Source of the DNA: Trypanosoma brucei
Taxonomy: Eukaryota
Direction of reading: 5' to 3'
Length of the DNA stretch: 64,000 bases
Assembly: GCA_000002445.1 (NCBI GenBank)
Contig: CP000068.1
Span: 1,312,001-1,376,000 of the forward strand
Shown: positions 35,737 through 47,028 of the stretch, one piece after another
How positions within the stretch are numbered: position 1 is the first letter of the stretch
Layout: each line of letters begins with the position of its first letter
Program-made: the position numbers and the translations under genes
Notes under the pieces: model-generated
What the model was told of the DNA's origin: nothing
The model's input: only the letters and a program-made list of their open reading frames with translations
Database searches by the model: none

Positions 35737-38700
35737 ATGATTTCCATTCATCAGTCGATTCTCTTCGGTCGCGATGTTTCACGGGTCCGCATGGAGAATA
35801 GTCCCGTGCCGTGTATCAACCAGTTTCGCTGCCGCCTTACCATGTCATCGTTGTCGCTACTTTTGGTGTTTCTTGTGGTGGTTATGCCGCCGGTGGAAGC
35901 TTTGGATAATATAACGGTAAAGGTTTACTCACTTCTGTATCACCCTTTTGTTGGGAGGAGACTAATCGATTCTATGAATGCCGGTTTCAACGCGTCAATG
36001 GCAGCCCGTCAATGGACCGTTGCCCCAGGCATCAATGTTGAAGTTATCCACCCTGCATCGTATAGAATTCCGGGTCCGAGGTTCTTGCAGAGGGCAATAA
36101 ATGATAACAAGGATGAATTCTTTGTTGTGGTGGGACCGATGGGTGACGGTCAGTTGGCTGCCTCTCGTTCATTCTTGCAGAAGGAAAATTTGGTTGCATT
36201 TGCTCCATCCACTGGGGCAAGCTCTGTGCGCGGTTGGAGTCCCAACATCTACTTCCTGCGTGTGTCACCCACTGTCGAGCTTATTGCATTGATGCGTTTT
36301 GCTGTAACTCACCTGCGTTTACTACGGATCGGCTTCATGTACCTGCAGGGTCTCACCTTTGGGGATAGTGAATATGAGGTGGCCATAAAACTAATGTCTC
36401 ATTTGGGACGCGAGTTATGTGGTGTTTTCACAGTGGCAAGCTCGCATGGCAAAGGTGCAGCTGACTCCGATTTTGATGCCGTGTGGGACAAGTTCGTGGT
36501 GACCCGTCCACAGGGTGTGATCATGTTTGCTCCACCAGCAAAAGATGTGGTAAGATTTGTAGTAAAGATGCTGAATGACAGTCGTACCCAAGACGCCTAC
36601 TTTCTTGCTTCTTCGGTACTCGAATTGACGATTGCCTCTTGGAGCAGCGATATTGAGGCAGTCAATACAGCACTTGATCTCGGGCAGATTGTGCTCTCGC
36701 GCACGAATCCGCTGGCGACGGACACACAATACCAAGCAATCAGGCGTTTTCAGGACGATGCGAGATCATACCTGAGTGCTAATCCGGGCGTAACTATCTT
36801 CAGCGGCGCAGACGACTTCGAGCATCATTATGTGGATGGGAAGCTTATGGTGTATGGGTGGATCGTTGGTGAGGTGCTGTCACAGGCCCTGAGGAGTCGT
36901 GCCTGGATTAAGGACAGGGAGACCTTCAAGAAGTCTCTGTATAGTCAACGTCGGTACGCCGTCGATGAGCTTGTGTTTGGTGACTTTGGTGGTGAGTGTG
37001 AGGGTACAGCAGGTGAGCGCGGTGCTGTGTGTAACTGTAATCAGGGAGGAAACGTAGTGTACATCAACGTTGCTGGGAGGGATAATGTCTTGGAGGTGAT
37101 ACATGATGGACAGGTAGTTGTCGATTCATCACTCTGTTACCACGACGAGGTTCGGTTGCATTCCCCTGTGAATGGTTTATTGGTATTCATGCAGGATGAT
37201 CCGGTTGCGCAAAATGCGGCTGAGGAAATATATGATGGCGCCATTCCTCTCACTGGTGATGGCCGTCTGGGGCAAACTGATCGTTTTTTCTTACATATGC
37301 TGACATCAGAAACGGCTGAAGCATCCTCAGAGTTAGAGTCAGAATTGGGCACCAGGGCAGTGACGGCTGTGTTTGGAGTTGCCGATGATGCTATGCTATC
37401 CCTACAAACTACTGCTTTCATTGACCCCATCTCTCTCCTCCCGGGGTTACCTCATAGAGGGAGGAAAGTTATTTACCTATCTCCGACACTGGAGCAGCAG
37501 CTATTCGCGCTGGTAAAATATTTTGTCGGGTCAGGTTCTACGGTAGTGCACGCTGTCGTCTGCCGTGGTGATGTGGTTTCGATTGAAAGATTGCTTTATC
37601 TGATGTTGATGACTTTTGGCGGGCACATGGGAACAGTGGTAGGGCCTGATAGCAGTACAGATCTGGAAGGTTCGATGCCAGAAACCGGTGATGTGCTTGT
37701 CATAGGCCTGTCCAAGGACGACGTTGCCGTGGTAGCGTCTCACCTGGATCGTAACCCGGATGTTCGTGTCGCTGTCCTGTTCTTTGACGTAGCCCTACTA
37801 TACATTGAGTTTGTCAAAGCTTTCAAGAGCAGTTCAAGCGGTGGTCGGCTTCTTTTTGCAACGAGTCTGCCTCACTGGGCAGAGGCTAACTCGACTTCGG
37901 CTACTGTACAGAAGTTTCACGCGGCAGTGCCTGATTCGCCACGGTGGACACCTTTGTCACTGCTTGGTTTCGCGACCGGAAGATTCATTCAAACGCTGCT
38001 CTTTCATATGGACAAAGTGACACCGGATTCTATAATCAATGCAATATATACTCTCTCGGTCGTAAACAGCGACGACATGCGGTATGGTCCGTTCGTGGAG
38101 GAGCGATGCCCTTCAACCAAAGATGCGCCGGAGGGCGGCGACCACTTCTGTGGTAAGAATTATGGTGCGAGGCGACTTTCTGTGTGGTCGATGGACCGTG
38201 CGCTGAACGCTTCGGTGGCACCGCTGACATCGGGCGCAACGCCGTCTTTGGTGTACATAGACCCGTATTCGAAGGTGTTGTCAGGCGGCCGACTTGCCGG
38301 TGTCATCGTTGGAGTTCTTTTCATTTTACTGTTGCTTGTTGCTCTTTTGCTAGTGCTTCTTTGTCTGCGCCGCAGCGCACGCGACAATGACAGCGCGCCC
38401 AAGGAGCCAGCGGACCCTGTGACGCTAATTTTTACAGATGTAGAAAGCAGTACTGCACAATGGGCAGCACATCCCGAGCTGATGCCCGATGCTGTGGCCG
38501 CGCATCACCGTTTGATTCGCTCGCTGATCACCCACTACAGGTGTTATGAAGTGAAGACGGTTGGGGACTCATTCATGATCGCGTGCAAGAGTGCATTTGC
38601 CGCATCGAGTCTTGCCCAAGGCCTGCAGCAACGGTTTTTGTCTGCAGACTGGGGAACCAGTGCCTTCGACGAGTCCTATCGTGAGTTTGAGCAGCAGCGT

Positions 38701-39468
38701 GCAGATGACGACAATGAATACAAACCGCCGTCCGCGCGCCTCGACCCCGAAGTGTACCGGTCTCTCTGGAAAGGTCTACGCGTACGTATCGGGATACACA
38801 CCGGACTGTGCGAAATCCGACAAGATGAAGTGACGAAGGGCTACGACTACTACGGGAAGGTGACAGACATGGCCGCGCGGACGGAGAGCGTTGCGAACGG
38901 TGGCCAGGTAGTACTGACGCAAGCAACGTACTTTGCACTGAGCACAGCAGAGCGTGAACAGTTCGATGTGGTCTCCCTTGGCCGCATACCACTTGCTGGT
39001 GCGCCCCAACCTATGGAAGTATACCAGTTGAACGCGGTGCCCGGCCGTACCTTCGCTGCTCTTCGCCTTGACCGCGAGTTTGGCGACGACTTTGAAGATA
39101 GAATGAGTACCTCCACTGGAGACTCGAGTTCTCTCCGTAGCGGGATGAATGGAACAACGCAGATGATTGCAAGTTGCCTGCAGGCTGTGCTAGGCACTTT
39201 CACTGCAGCACAGCGACAGAAACTGCTGGTGCCTTTGTGCGAACGGTGGCGTGTCACGCTTCCCAGGACCGCACAGCTAACATGGGACGAGGGCTTTTGT
39301 GAAGATGTGATTCGTCGGATTTCAGTCAAGGTCGGTCGTGTCGTTGACCTCTGTGCAAACAGCGGTGGTGAGCGTACCGTCAGTACGCTGAGAAGTGCGT
39401 CTGTGATTATAATGTCGAACCGGCTTCGGGAATTTGAGGCAGAGGCAACCCAGAGCCCTGAAGCTTAG
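35737..39468 (+). CDS. GRESAG4: Receptor-type adenylate cyclase (GRESAG4 family), copy 2
   Basis: This copy is over 99% identical to copy 1 at the protein level. The substitutions cluster in the ectodomain (SGNIEAAN to SSDIEAVN, TLFSG to TIFSG, YVVDE to YAVDE, GKRGA to GERGA, ARRDN to AGRDN, GRTDR to GQTDR). The catalytic domain is identical. Confidence 0.9.
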   Translation: MISIHQSILFGRDVSRVRMENSPVPCINQFRCRLTMSSLSLLLVFLVVVMPPVEALDNITVKVYSLLYHPFVGRRLIDSMNAGFNASMAARQWTVAPGINVEVIHPASYRIPGPRFLQRAINDNKDEFFVVVGPMGDGQLAASRSFLQKENLVAFAPSTGASSVRGWSPNIYFLRVSPTVELIALMRFAVTHLRLLRIGFMYLQGLTFGDSEYEVAIKLMSHLGRELCGVFTVASSHGKGAADSDFDAVWDKFVVTRPQGVIMFAPPAKDVVRFVVKMLNDSRTQDAYFLASSVLELTIASWSSDIEAVNTALDLGQIVLSRTNPLATDTQYQAIRRFQDDARSYLSANPGVTIFSGADDFEHHYVDGKLMVYGWIVGEVLSQALRSRAWIKDRETFKKSLYSQRRYAVDELVFGDFGGECEGTAGERGAVCNCNQGGNVVYINVAGRDNVLEVIHDGQVVVDSSLCYHDEVRLHSPVNGLLVFMQDDPVAQNAAEEIYDGAIPLTGDGRLGQTDRFFLHMLTSETAEASSELESELGTRAVTAVFGVADDAMLSLQTTAFIDPISLLPGLPHRGRKVIYLSPTLEQQLFALVKYFVGSGSTVVHAVVCRGDVVSIERLLYLMLMTFGGHMGTVVGPDSSTDLEGSMPETGDVLVIGLSKDDVAVVASHLDRNPDVRVAVLFFDVALLYIEFVKAFKSSSSGGRLLFATSLPHWAEANSTSATVQKFHAAVPDSPRWTPLSLLGFATGRFIQTLLFHMDKVTPDSIINAIYTLSVVNSDDMRYGPFVEERCPSTKDAPEGGDHFCGKNYGARRLSVWSMDRALNASVAPLTSGATPSLVYIDPYSKVLSGGRLAGVIVGVLFILLLLVALLLVLLCLRRSARDNDSAPKEPADPVTLIFTDVESSTAQWAAHPELMPDAVAAHHRLIRSLITHYRCYEVKTVGDSFMIACKSAFAASSLAQGLQQRFLSADWGTSAFDESYREFEQQRADDDNEYKPPSARLDPEVYRSLWKGLRVRIGIHTGLCEIRQDEVTKGYDYYGKVTDMAARTESVANGGQVVLTQATYFALSTAEREQFDVVSLGRIPLAGAPQPMEVYQLNAVPGRTFAALRLDREFGDDFEDRMSTSTGDSSSLRSGMNGTTQMIASCLQAVLGTFTAAQRQKLLVPLCERWRVTLPRTAQLTWDEGFCEDVIRRISVKVGRVVDLCANSGGERTVSTLRSASVIIMSNRLREFEAEATQSPEA

Positions 39469-41733
39469 CGAAATAATGCACACTGCAGTTTTCTTTGTCT
39501 CACTTGGTTTTCCACTTTTCGTGTATATACACATAGCTTATTACATTCGCAATGCGCAATAGTTGACTAGTTGTTTCATCTACAATTTGTATACTCATAC
39601 CTTAAATGGGGGCAGGGACATGTACCCGCCTCTTCTTGATTTCTTATTAACTGATTCACTTCTTTTCTGTCTATTTTATTTTCGACGTGGCAATGAGCAA
39701 ATGTGTCTAGTCCCGTTCCTTCTTCCTTTCTTTTTTTCGTGAAGAATGCTGAAGCGGCAAGCAACCTCGTCAGGGTATTTGCTGGTTTTCGGTTCTGTTC
39801 TTCCGTAATCGTTTTCCCTCTCTATCCGTTGTGGCATGTTTACTGGGAAGATGTTCAACTCCTTTCTCTAACGTTCCCCCGTCGCCACCGCTTCTCATCT
39901 ACCTTTGATTTTTTTATTTTTTGGAGCAGGTGTTGCTAATAGTATGCGTGTTCGAGATCTGTCATTATTATTGTTATTATCATCACTGCTTTGTTGATTC
40001 CTGTTTGTAATCCCACTGCATTGTGACGCAATATCTCCAACTGAACCTTTGCAAGTGTCCATGCAACACCGTCGTGTTTGCTTTTGCATCCGACTGTTTT
40101 ACCTCACCTGTTACTCCTTTCTTTCTTTTGGGGTTGTCAGTTATTAGTGGGGCGATGCCGCTCGTGGCCGTTGTAGCGTTGTTTTTTTTTCCTATGCCGC
40201 ATGTACCTCCATAACGTCCCTAGTGGTTCAAAGGTACGGTAAACTGATCCTGTCCATCAGAGGAGAGGGGAGAGCGAGGTGTGGTTGCTGCTTGAACCGC
40301 TGCACATAAATTACCAGTGAGGCGCATAAATATCGGGGTGATGACACTCCGTGTTGCGTGTGCATATGTCACTTTTGTTGGCTTCTGCTTGCGTGAACTC
40401 ACAAGGAACCGCTGCTGTTTTCATCCCGGTTGTGGCGTCTGGTGTGTTACCTCCTCCTTTTTTTTATTTTTGCAGGGGGGTGGGTGCCACTACACGGCAG
40501 CTCTCGTCCATTGGTCTGTAGTTGTGCGATTTTATTTGATATTCGCTGCGGTTGTGGTGCTGTCAGCACTGCTATTGGCAGGTAACAAAACGTTAGGTGC
40601 GCATTCTTCCTCTATGAGATCAAAAAGTTGTTTACTACAGTATTTTGAATTTTGGGGGAGTGGGGAGAGGTACGTAAGGCAAATAAAAGAAAAGTGAGTT
40701 ATTGGTAATTTAAGTCTCGCTGGTCCAATGTGTTGGGGTTCTCAGTTTATCTCTTTCTGTGGTATCTAGGTGTTAATAACAACAGAAGAGGGTTATCAAG
40801 AAAACAGGCTGACGTCACCACTATGAACACTCCCTTCACTTTAATGCAGGCACTGCATGGAAAGGTTAAAAGTATGGAGGGAATTTGTTTATTAATCCCA
40901 CTGTACTGTGTTGGTGGATGAATTGTGAAAAACATTATGCGTCTTCTTTCTTTTTTTTTTTGCCGACTCTCACAAATCCGTGGTCAGCAGTGCATAAGCA
41001 GTTGCCCGTGCGACTTGTTTGCTGCCGCTTGCCCATGTCACAAGCGAAAGCTTAGGAGCTTTAGTCAATTCTTCTTCTGTCCAATTTACCATATGAAGGT
41101 GGAAGGCAAGTGCCAGTGATCTCATATGGTTTGTCGGAGTGTTCGATGGTGTGTTGTGTTGATTAAGTATGTTTTCCTCTTTCTATGCTGGAGAACCGTA
41201 TGGCGGATGCCACTTCTTTCAATATTTGCACATCGGTATAGCTCTTACTAAACTAACATGGAAAGCATTTTTAAATATCGTAGAATAGTGCTTGTATACT
41301 TCTTTCTGGCGCTCGCTTTTCTCCCTACCATTTCACTTGGGCCGATAATATTTAGGGTGGAGCTTGCAGTTTTTTCTACCTTTTCTTCTCTCCTGTGTAC
41401 CGCTGTACAGTTTACACATGTATTCATCGGAAACGGTGCACTCTTGCGCCCGCGAAGGCAACCAACTGGCTGCTGTGCTTTTAATTCGAAGAAAAAAATA
41501 ACTCTGTTCATTTTTCGCAACGGTAAAAGTGCCTTCTTCCTTACTTTTCATGACTTTAAAAAGCACATAGCAACCCCAAATACAATTCCTTCCGGAATTA
41601 TTGTACTCATTACCATTATCATTATCATTGGTGTTTTCTCAACTACACTGTGCTAAGAACAGTGGTAACGACGCATTTAACGGCTTAGGGGTCGTTTTAC
41701 GCCGCTTTATTTTTATTTTTTAATCGCGTTCAT

Positions 41734-43293
41734 TTGCAAACAATGGAAACCGCCGTGCCTGTGCGTTATTTCCTTGGGACTCTCATTGAGGCCCCTGCGC
41801 GTGACACCTTAATTTTCGCTCCCCGCTCTCTTGTCTGCGTTGGTGCTGACGGCTGTATTACCGCTGTCCTCCAACCCAATGACATAAAAAATGAAAGCGG
41901 TGTGAGCGGCGGCGGTGGAAGTGGTTGTGGAGGGAAAAGCGACAATGAAACATACGAGCAAACGCTTAAGGAAGCCCGGAGGTCCGGAGCACTCACAGTG
42001 CTGAAAGACCACCAATATCTTCTTCCAGGTCTTATTGATCTCCATGTGCATGCACCGCAGTGGCCCCAGCTTGGAAAGGCGCTTGATCGGCCGCTCGAAA
42101 TATGGCTGCATGAGTATACTTTTCCACTCGAGGCGAAGTACGCCGACCTCGACTTTGCAGCCACATCATACAACTCCCTTGTTTCAACATTATTGGCACA
42201 CGGAACTACGACGGCTGTGTACTTCGCTACAATCCACGTGGATGCAAGTCTTTTGCTGGCACGCGTATGCCTCGAGAAAGGTCAGCGCGCCGTCGTTGGC
42301 CGCGTTGCAATGGATTTGGCATCGCAGTGCCCAGCTTATTACCGGGATGCAAGCCCCCAGGAATCTATTGAACGCTCCGAAATTTTTATTCAGGCTGTCC
42401 GCAAGCTTCCCGGCAATGACAATAGCAGTCCTCTTGTGCTCCCTGCTGTAGTCCCGAGATTTATTCCAACAAGCAGCGATGAGGCGCTTCAGGGTCTTGG
42501 TCGTCTGGTCGCCAAGTACGGCTGCCACGTGCAGTCACACGTGTCGGAGAGCGACTGGGAGCATCACCACGTGTTGGAGCGCTGTGGTAAACCAGACGCC
42601 TTCGCTCTGGATGATGCCGGCCTGCTGACGCGGCGCACGGTCCTCGCTCACGGAAATTTCCTCTCAGATGCGGATATGAAACTTTTGTGTTCTCGTGGTT
42701 CCGCGGTGGCGCACTGTCCGCTTTCGAACTTTTATTTTTCAGGTGCCGTTTTCCCGCTGCGTCGTGCTTTGGACTTCGGGCTGCGCGTCGGTCTCGGGAC
42801 GGATATCTCCGGGGGACCTTCACCTGCAATTTGGGATGCCGCCCGTGATGCCTTAATGGCCGCTCGTGCACTTGAGAGTGGCGTCGACCCAACAACTTCA
42901 AAGGAGGAACGTGGTGGCCGGCGTCATGCCAATCCGGAGCAAAGCAAAGCGGAAGACTCAAACGGAAAAAAGGGGGAAAACCCGCGTGTTGGCGGTTCAG
43001 CTGCAGAGTCACGAGATTCAACTTCATGCCGCATCAATTCTGTGGAGGCCTTTTGGTTGGCGACAACACGTGGAGGTGAGGCTTTGGATCTTAAAGTTGG
43101 TCGGCTCGCCGCTGGATTTCACTTTGATGCAGTTGTTGTGGATGTTTCCGTTCCCACTGGCGGTGTGCACATCTTTCAAGGTCTTGACGGACCCCGTGAC
43201 ATCTTTGACAAAATTGTCTACGGTGCGTCCGCAGCAAACGTTGTTCAGACATATGTGGCCGGCCGCTTGGTCCACGGGAGGGTAGAACTTTAG
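41734..43293 (+). CDS. Guanine deaminase-like metal-dependent amidohydrolase
   Basis: The 519-aa ORF has the amidohydrolase HxH metal motif in PGLIDLHVHAPQWPQ, resembling guanine deaminase PGxIDTHIHxPQ. It has the downstream HVSES (HxxE) motif and a C-terminal D (GLGTDISGG) motif. Two low-complexity insertions are present: GVSGGGGSGCGGKSDNE, and a charged SKEERGGRRHANPEQSKAEDSNGKKGENPRVGGS loop. Confidence 0.8.
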   Translation: MQTMETAVPVRYFLGTLIEAPARDTLIFAPRSLVCVGADGCITAVLQPNDIKNESGVSGGGGSGCGGKSDNETYEQTLKEARRSGALTVLKDHQYLLPGLIDLHVHAPQWPQLGKALDRPLEIWLHEYTFPLEAKYADLDFAATSYNSLVSTLLAHGTTTAVYFATIHVDASLLLARVCLEKGQRAVVGRVAMDLASQCPAYYRDASPQESIERSEIFIQAVRKLPGNDNSSPLVLPAVVPRFIPTSSDEALQGLGRLVAKYGCHVQSHVSESDWEHHHVLERCGKPDAFALDDAGLLTRRTVLAHGNFLSDADMKLLCSRGSAVAHCPLSNFYFSGAVFPLRRALDFGLRVGLGTDISGGPSPAIWDAARDALMAARALESGVDPTTSKEERGGRRHANPEQSKAEDSNGKKGENPRVGGSAAESRDSTSCRINSVEAFWLATTRGGEALDLKVGRLAAGFHFDAVVVDVSVPTGGVHIFQGLDGPRDIFDKIVYGASAANVVQTYVAGRLVHGRVEL

Positions 43294-44565
43294 GAACTCT
43301 GTTGCATTTAGCTCCTTTTTTTTTTAATGCGAGACCAGTTACTTATTTGAATAATCAAATCCGGTGTCGCGTATGTACTGGCTGATTTCTTTTTTTTCTT
43401 TTTTGATGTGTTCGTTCGTTTGAGGAATATTGGCGGAGGAACATCGTCAGCAAGTGGTTTGATTACTGTTCCTGCCACTCAATGGTGACAATGCACAGGA
43501 AAAAAAAGAATATGGGAGTGTATGTGCCGGAGTGACTTGGGGAAAATAATGTTAGTTTTTTTTTTAATATTACAGCTACTTTTTTCCACTAAACTTTTGT
43601 CGTGTGGGCTTTAAGGGACCAACGACTGAGGGATTGGATGTCAGCATTTGAAGTGGATTTACATGTTAGGCCTGGCCACGTGTGGGTTTTCAGCATTTTT
43701 CTTTTTTTTCTTTCGTAACATTAAATTGGAGAGAAGGAGAGCGAAGCAAACTCACTCGCTTTATTTGACGTTCCACCGCCATCATGTTTCTTTACTTTCT
43801 GCCGCTCACAGGCTCCTTTAATAGTTGGTGCTAGAGAGTCATCGTGGTCCATGTTCCAGTTCCTAAAATAACTGCACATAAACAATGCAAATCACTTGAA
43901 CCTTTTTTAAAGTATTCGGCGTTAGCTCAAATAAATATGCTCTCACCGCTACCTTAACACATCTGAAGCACTTAATCACATTCCCCGCCGTTTTTTTTCC
44001 TCCAGTTATTGCTATAAATGTTGCAATGCCTGTTGGTAGGCGTCAGCGGTATTCCGTTGTTTGAAGATTCTAATGGACTGTTGTGTTCATTTCCCTGCGT
44101 GGAATCGTGTGTTGAGTGCTTCTAACGTTAATACCTCTTTGTATTGTTGCCGCTGCATGCTTTTGAGACTCGCGAGTGATTTGTAACCCGGCATTGTAAT
44201 ACGGTATTTATTGGATGAAATTCTTCTGCAGATGCACTGTTCCATCTTTTTAACCCTTTTCTTCGTGTGTAGCATAAGACTGAAAGCCGTGTTGTTGAGA
44301 CTGTAGGTAGTCGTGTAACTTACTCACCACTGGATCACTTGTCACAGGTAGGCAAATAGTAAGGACAGTGTGGTTGAAGGAAGTTTTCCGTTTTTTTTTT
44401 TTTAAGGTGCGAATAATCGAGTGAAAGCTACTGTGTTCTCGTACATACTTGCACTTGATTGGTGTGCAGGTGCGGTTGTATCTGTTTGGCAGTTGCAGTA
44501 TTTGATCATTTGTTACTGTTAAGTGTTCATAACACTGAGGAAAAGACGGGCGTATCCATATTTGA

Positions 44566-47028
44566 GTGGCAATGTGTTTTATATTTGGTGTTGAGATGAG
44601 TAACCTAGCAAAGAGGCCAATGAGCCTGAGGAAGCTACCACAGCTTCTTTTGCTCATCATGATTGGTATTGCATTTGTTGCGGTTGAGTGCATTGGAGCT
44701 CCTGTTAAACTTCCCCGACGCGTGGATACTGTTGCCGGTCAATTTGGCGTGGAAGGCGAAACTAATGGATATCCAAATACTACGAGACTTACAGAACCCT
44801 ACGCATTGTGTCGAGGGAGGACAAACGATGAAATTTTAGTGGGGAGTTCCAACAGCTTCCGCAACTACTCTCGCAAAACAAAAGAAACTGGTACATATTT
44901 GAGATACAATGTAGGTGATAGCGTGATTTCAGGGTCCTCTACTATAAACAAACCTCGTAGTTGTGTCCGTCGCGGCTCTGGTAATCACACAATCATTTAC
45001 TTTGTTGACGACCAGAAAGATATTAAATATATTGTAGGGGATGATGTTTCGTCTTTCAGTGTGCCCACAAGCGGTTCCTTGAATGCTGTAGCTGTACATG
45101 AAGGCACTTTATACGTAACAGACCAGAATAACAAATCGGTGTGGAAGTGTGGTTTAGGCGGCGCCGGCAAGCCTCAAAGTTGTGAAGAGAAAAAATTTAC
45201 GAGCGTGACACTCGACGCAAAACCGGAAGGAATTGCCGTGACTTCTAAAGGAATTTTTGTTACCGCACGCGATTCATCTAACAAGGGAGCTTTGTTGTGG
45301 CTGGATATGAGCGGTGGTAACAGAAAGGGAAATGTAAGTGGTGGTTTTGTTGATGTATTCAGCACTGAGTCAGGTGTGTTATATGCAGCCACGGAGAAGG
45401 AATTGTACACCGTCACTGCCACCGACACTTCACTCAGTGTAACATCATTTGCAGGGAAGAATACGAGCCAGTGTTACTTCCCTACCAATGGAGAAGATAT
45501 TGTATTATGTGACAACTCACGACTGCTCGTCATTGAAGAATATGAGATGTATGTGACTTCGAAGGCCAAGCACACTATGCGTGCCTTAACTCTCCCTCCA
45601 GTCAACTTAACCGCCATCTTCCGTGGGCGACCAGCACCTGTAGGTTACCCCAACACAACAATTATGGAGCAGTTTGTGGCAAGTCTTACGGAGGATGTAA
45701 ATAAAGCACTCGGTACCAATGATAGCTATGTGGACCCCGATTCTGTGAGGGTGGATCCCGATACATGGGAAACGAATTTCACTGTTTTTGTTCAGCAAAC
45801 GCGTTTTGACAATACGACGGAGGAGAAATTACGGAGTCTGACATACACACAAACGGATAAGACTGTTGACGAGTATTACGGTCTTACTGATGAGTATGTG
45901 TACATTGATACCGTCCTTGTGCCATTCTGTGACGATGCAAGCCTTGTCACTATCCAGCGTGCGTTGGCGCGTGAAGCTGGACGTGCACTGAATTTCTCTT
46001 TGGTATACGCTGACAAGCCCATAACCTTTGGTAGTGACGTTGCGGAGAATGTCACTGCAGTAAAGCTTTTGATGCCTCATTCATTCAAGAACGCAACGAC
46101 ACCTAAGCAGCTATCGGCTGCGAACCTCACTGACTTTGCGCACAACTTGGTCAAGGACTTGCGTGCTTCAGACACTCGTGTCGATATCACATTCCCCGAT
46201 CCCCCGTTTAATTTTTCAGCTGTTGTCCCTGAACGTGAGCAGGAAGTACGTTGGTTTGTCCATGGGAAAGTAATGAAGCAGCTTGAGATTTGTGAGAGAC
46301 TTGGTAGCCAGGGCGATGCGGCCGTTATTGCAGCTGCAGCTGATGCGACTGCTCGAGGTAAGGCCAATGTCACATTGAATACCAGCGGAGTCAAGGCAAA
46401 TGATACAGGGGTTGGTCCCAACACCACAAATACCGCTGGTGGGGCCAATACTACTGCTAATGTTGCCGCTAATGGCACTGCCAATGTTATTGTGAATCCC
46501 TCCACCAATGCTACTCCAACTGGAACCACCAATGCTAGTGTCACTAATACTACCGAGAGAGCTGTTCCTGTTGTTGCCCCTACTCAACCTTCTAATGGAT
46601 ATGCGGAGTGTCGATCCGCTATAACCAACCGCACGGAAACACAGAACATGGAACCACCTTACGACAGGAAACACCGATATGAGGTATTCCTACCTAAAAA
46701 GTATGACTTCAATGTGTCATGGTGCGTGGACATCATTGACTGGCGTGACTTGGACGAGATGTTGAATAACCGCACAGATGAGGTGGTGGAAAAGTCCCTT
46801 TCATGGTGCGGCCACGGTTGCATTATTGCGTTTGCGGTGGTAGGTTCCCTGATTGCTGCGTGTCTAGTGGTGCTGGCTGTGGTGTTGACATCGAAGAGGA
46901 GGCGTCTTGCTGCTGTGGTTGCTCCACCGCGCCCAAAGTTTGTATCAACAGTGGAAGATGATGATGAAGATCGTGTATCAAACATCGGTGTGCCACTGAC
47001 CGATGGGAAGGGAACCACCGCACCGTAA
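44566..47028 (+). CDS. Type I membrane glycoprotein, copy 1; possible beta-propeller/NHL-like ectodomain with an Asn/Thr-rich stalk
   Basis: The 820-aa ORF has a probable signal peptide (MSLRKLPQLLLLIMIGIAFVAVECIGA) and many N-x-S/T sites. NHL-like strands include PEGIAVTSKGIFVTARD and GTLYVTDQNNKSVWKC. The membrane-proximal stalk is N/T-rich (NTTNTAGGANTTANVAANGTANVIVNPSTNATPTGTTNASVTNTT). There is a single TM (IIAFAVVGSLIAACLVVLAVVL) and a short acidic cytoplasmic tail. The family is not recognised. Confidence 0.7.
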   Translation: MAMCFIFGVEMSNLAKRPMSLRKLPQLLLLIMIGIAFVAVECIGAPVKLPRRVDTVAGQFGVEGETNGYPNTTRLTEPYALCRGRTNDEILVGSSNSFRNYSRKTKETGTYLRYNVGDSVISGSSTINKPRSCVRRGSGNHTIIYFVDDQKDIKYIVGDDVSSFSVPTSGSLNAVAVHEGTLYVTDQNNKSVWKCGLGGAGKPQSCEEKKFTSVTLDAKPEGIAVTSKGIFVTARDSSNKGALLWLDMSGGNRKGNVSGGFVDVFSTESGVLYAATEKELYTVTATDTSLSVTSFAGKNTSQCYFPTNGEDIVLCDNSRLLVIEEYEMYVTSKAKHTMRALTLPPVNLTAIFRGRPAPVGYPNTTIMEQFVASLTEDVNKALGTNDSYVDPDSVRVDPDTWETNFTVFVQQTRFDNTTEEKLRSLTYTQTDKTVDEYYGLTDEYVYIDTVLVPFCDDASLVTIQRALAREAGRALNFSLVYADKPITFGSDVAENVTAVKLLMPHSFKNATTPKQLSAANLTDFAHNLVKDLRASDTRVDITFPDPPFNFSAVVPEREQEVRWFVHGKVMKQLEICERLGSQGDAAVIAAAADATARGKANVTLNTSGVKANDTGVGPNTTNTAGGANTTANVAANGTANVIVNPSTNATPTGTTNASVTNTTERAVPVVAPTQPSNGYAECRSAITNRTETQNMEPPYDRKHRYEVFLPKKYDFNVSWCVDIIDWRDLDEMLNNRTDEVVEKSLSWCGHGCIIAFAVVGSLIAACLVVLAVVLTSKRRRLAAVVAPPRPKFVSTVEDDDEDRVSNIGVPLTDGKGTTAP

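Larger units (their letters stand above)
28171..40945 (+). repeat. Tandem duplication with a 6536-bp unit present about 1.95 times, each unit carrying one GRESAG4 gene
   Basis: Unit 1 (28171-34706) and unit 2 (34707 to about 40945) are collinear and differ by only a handful of substitutions and one indel. The ORF starts at 29202 and 35737 are offset by 6535 bp. Similarity decays gradually after about 40945. Confidence 0.9.
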
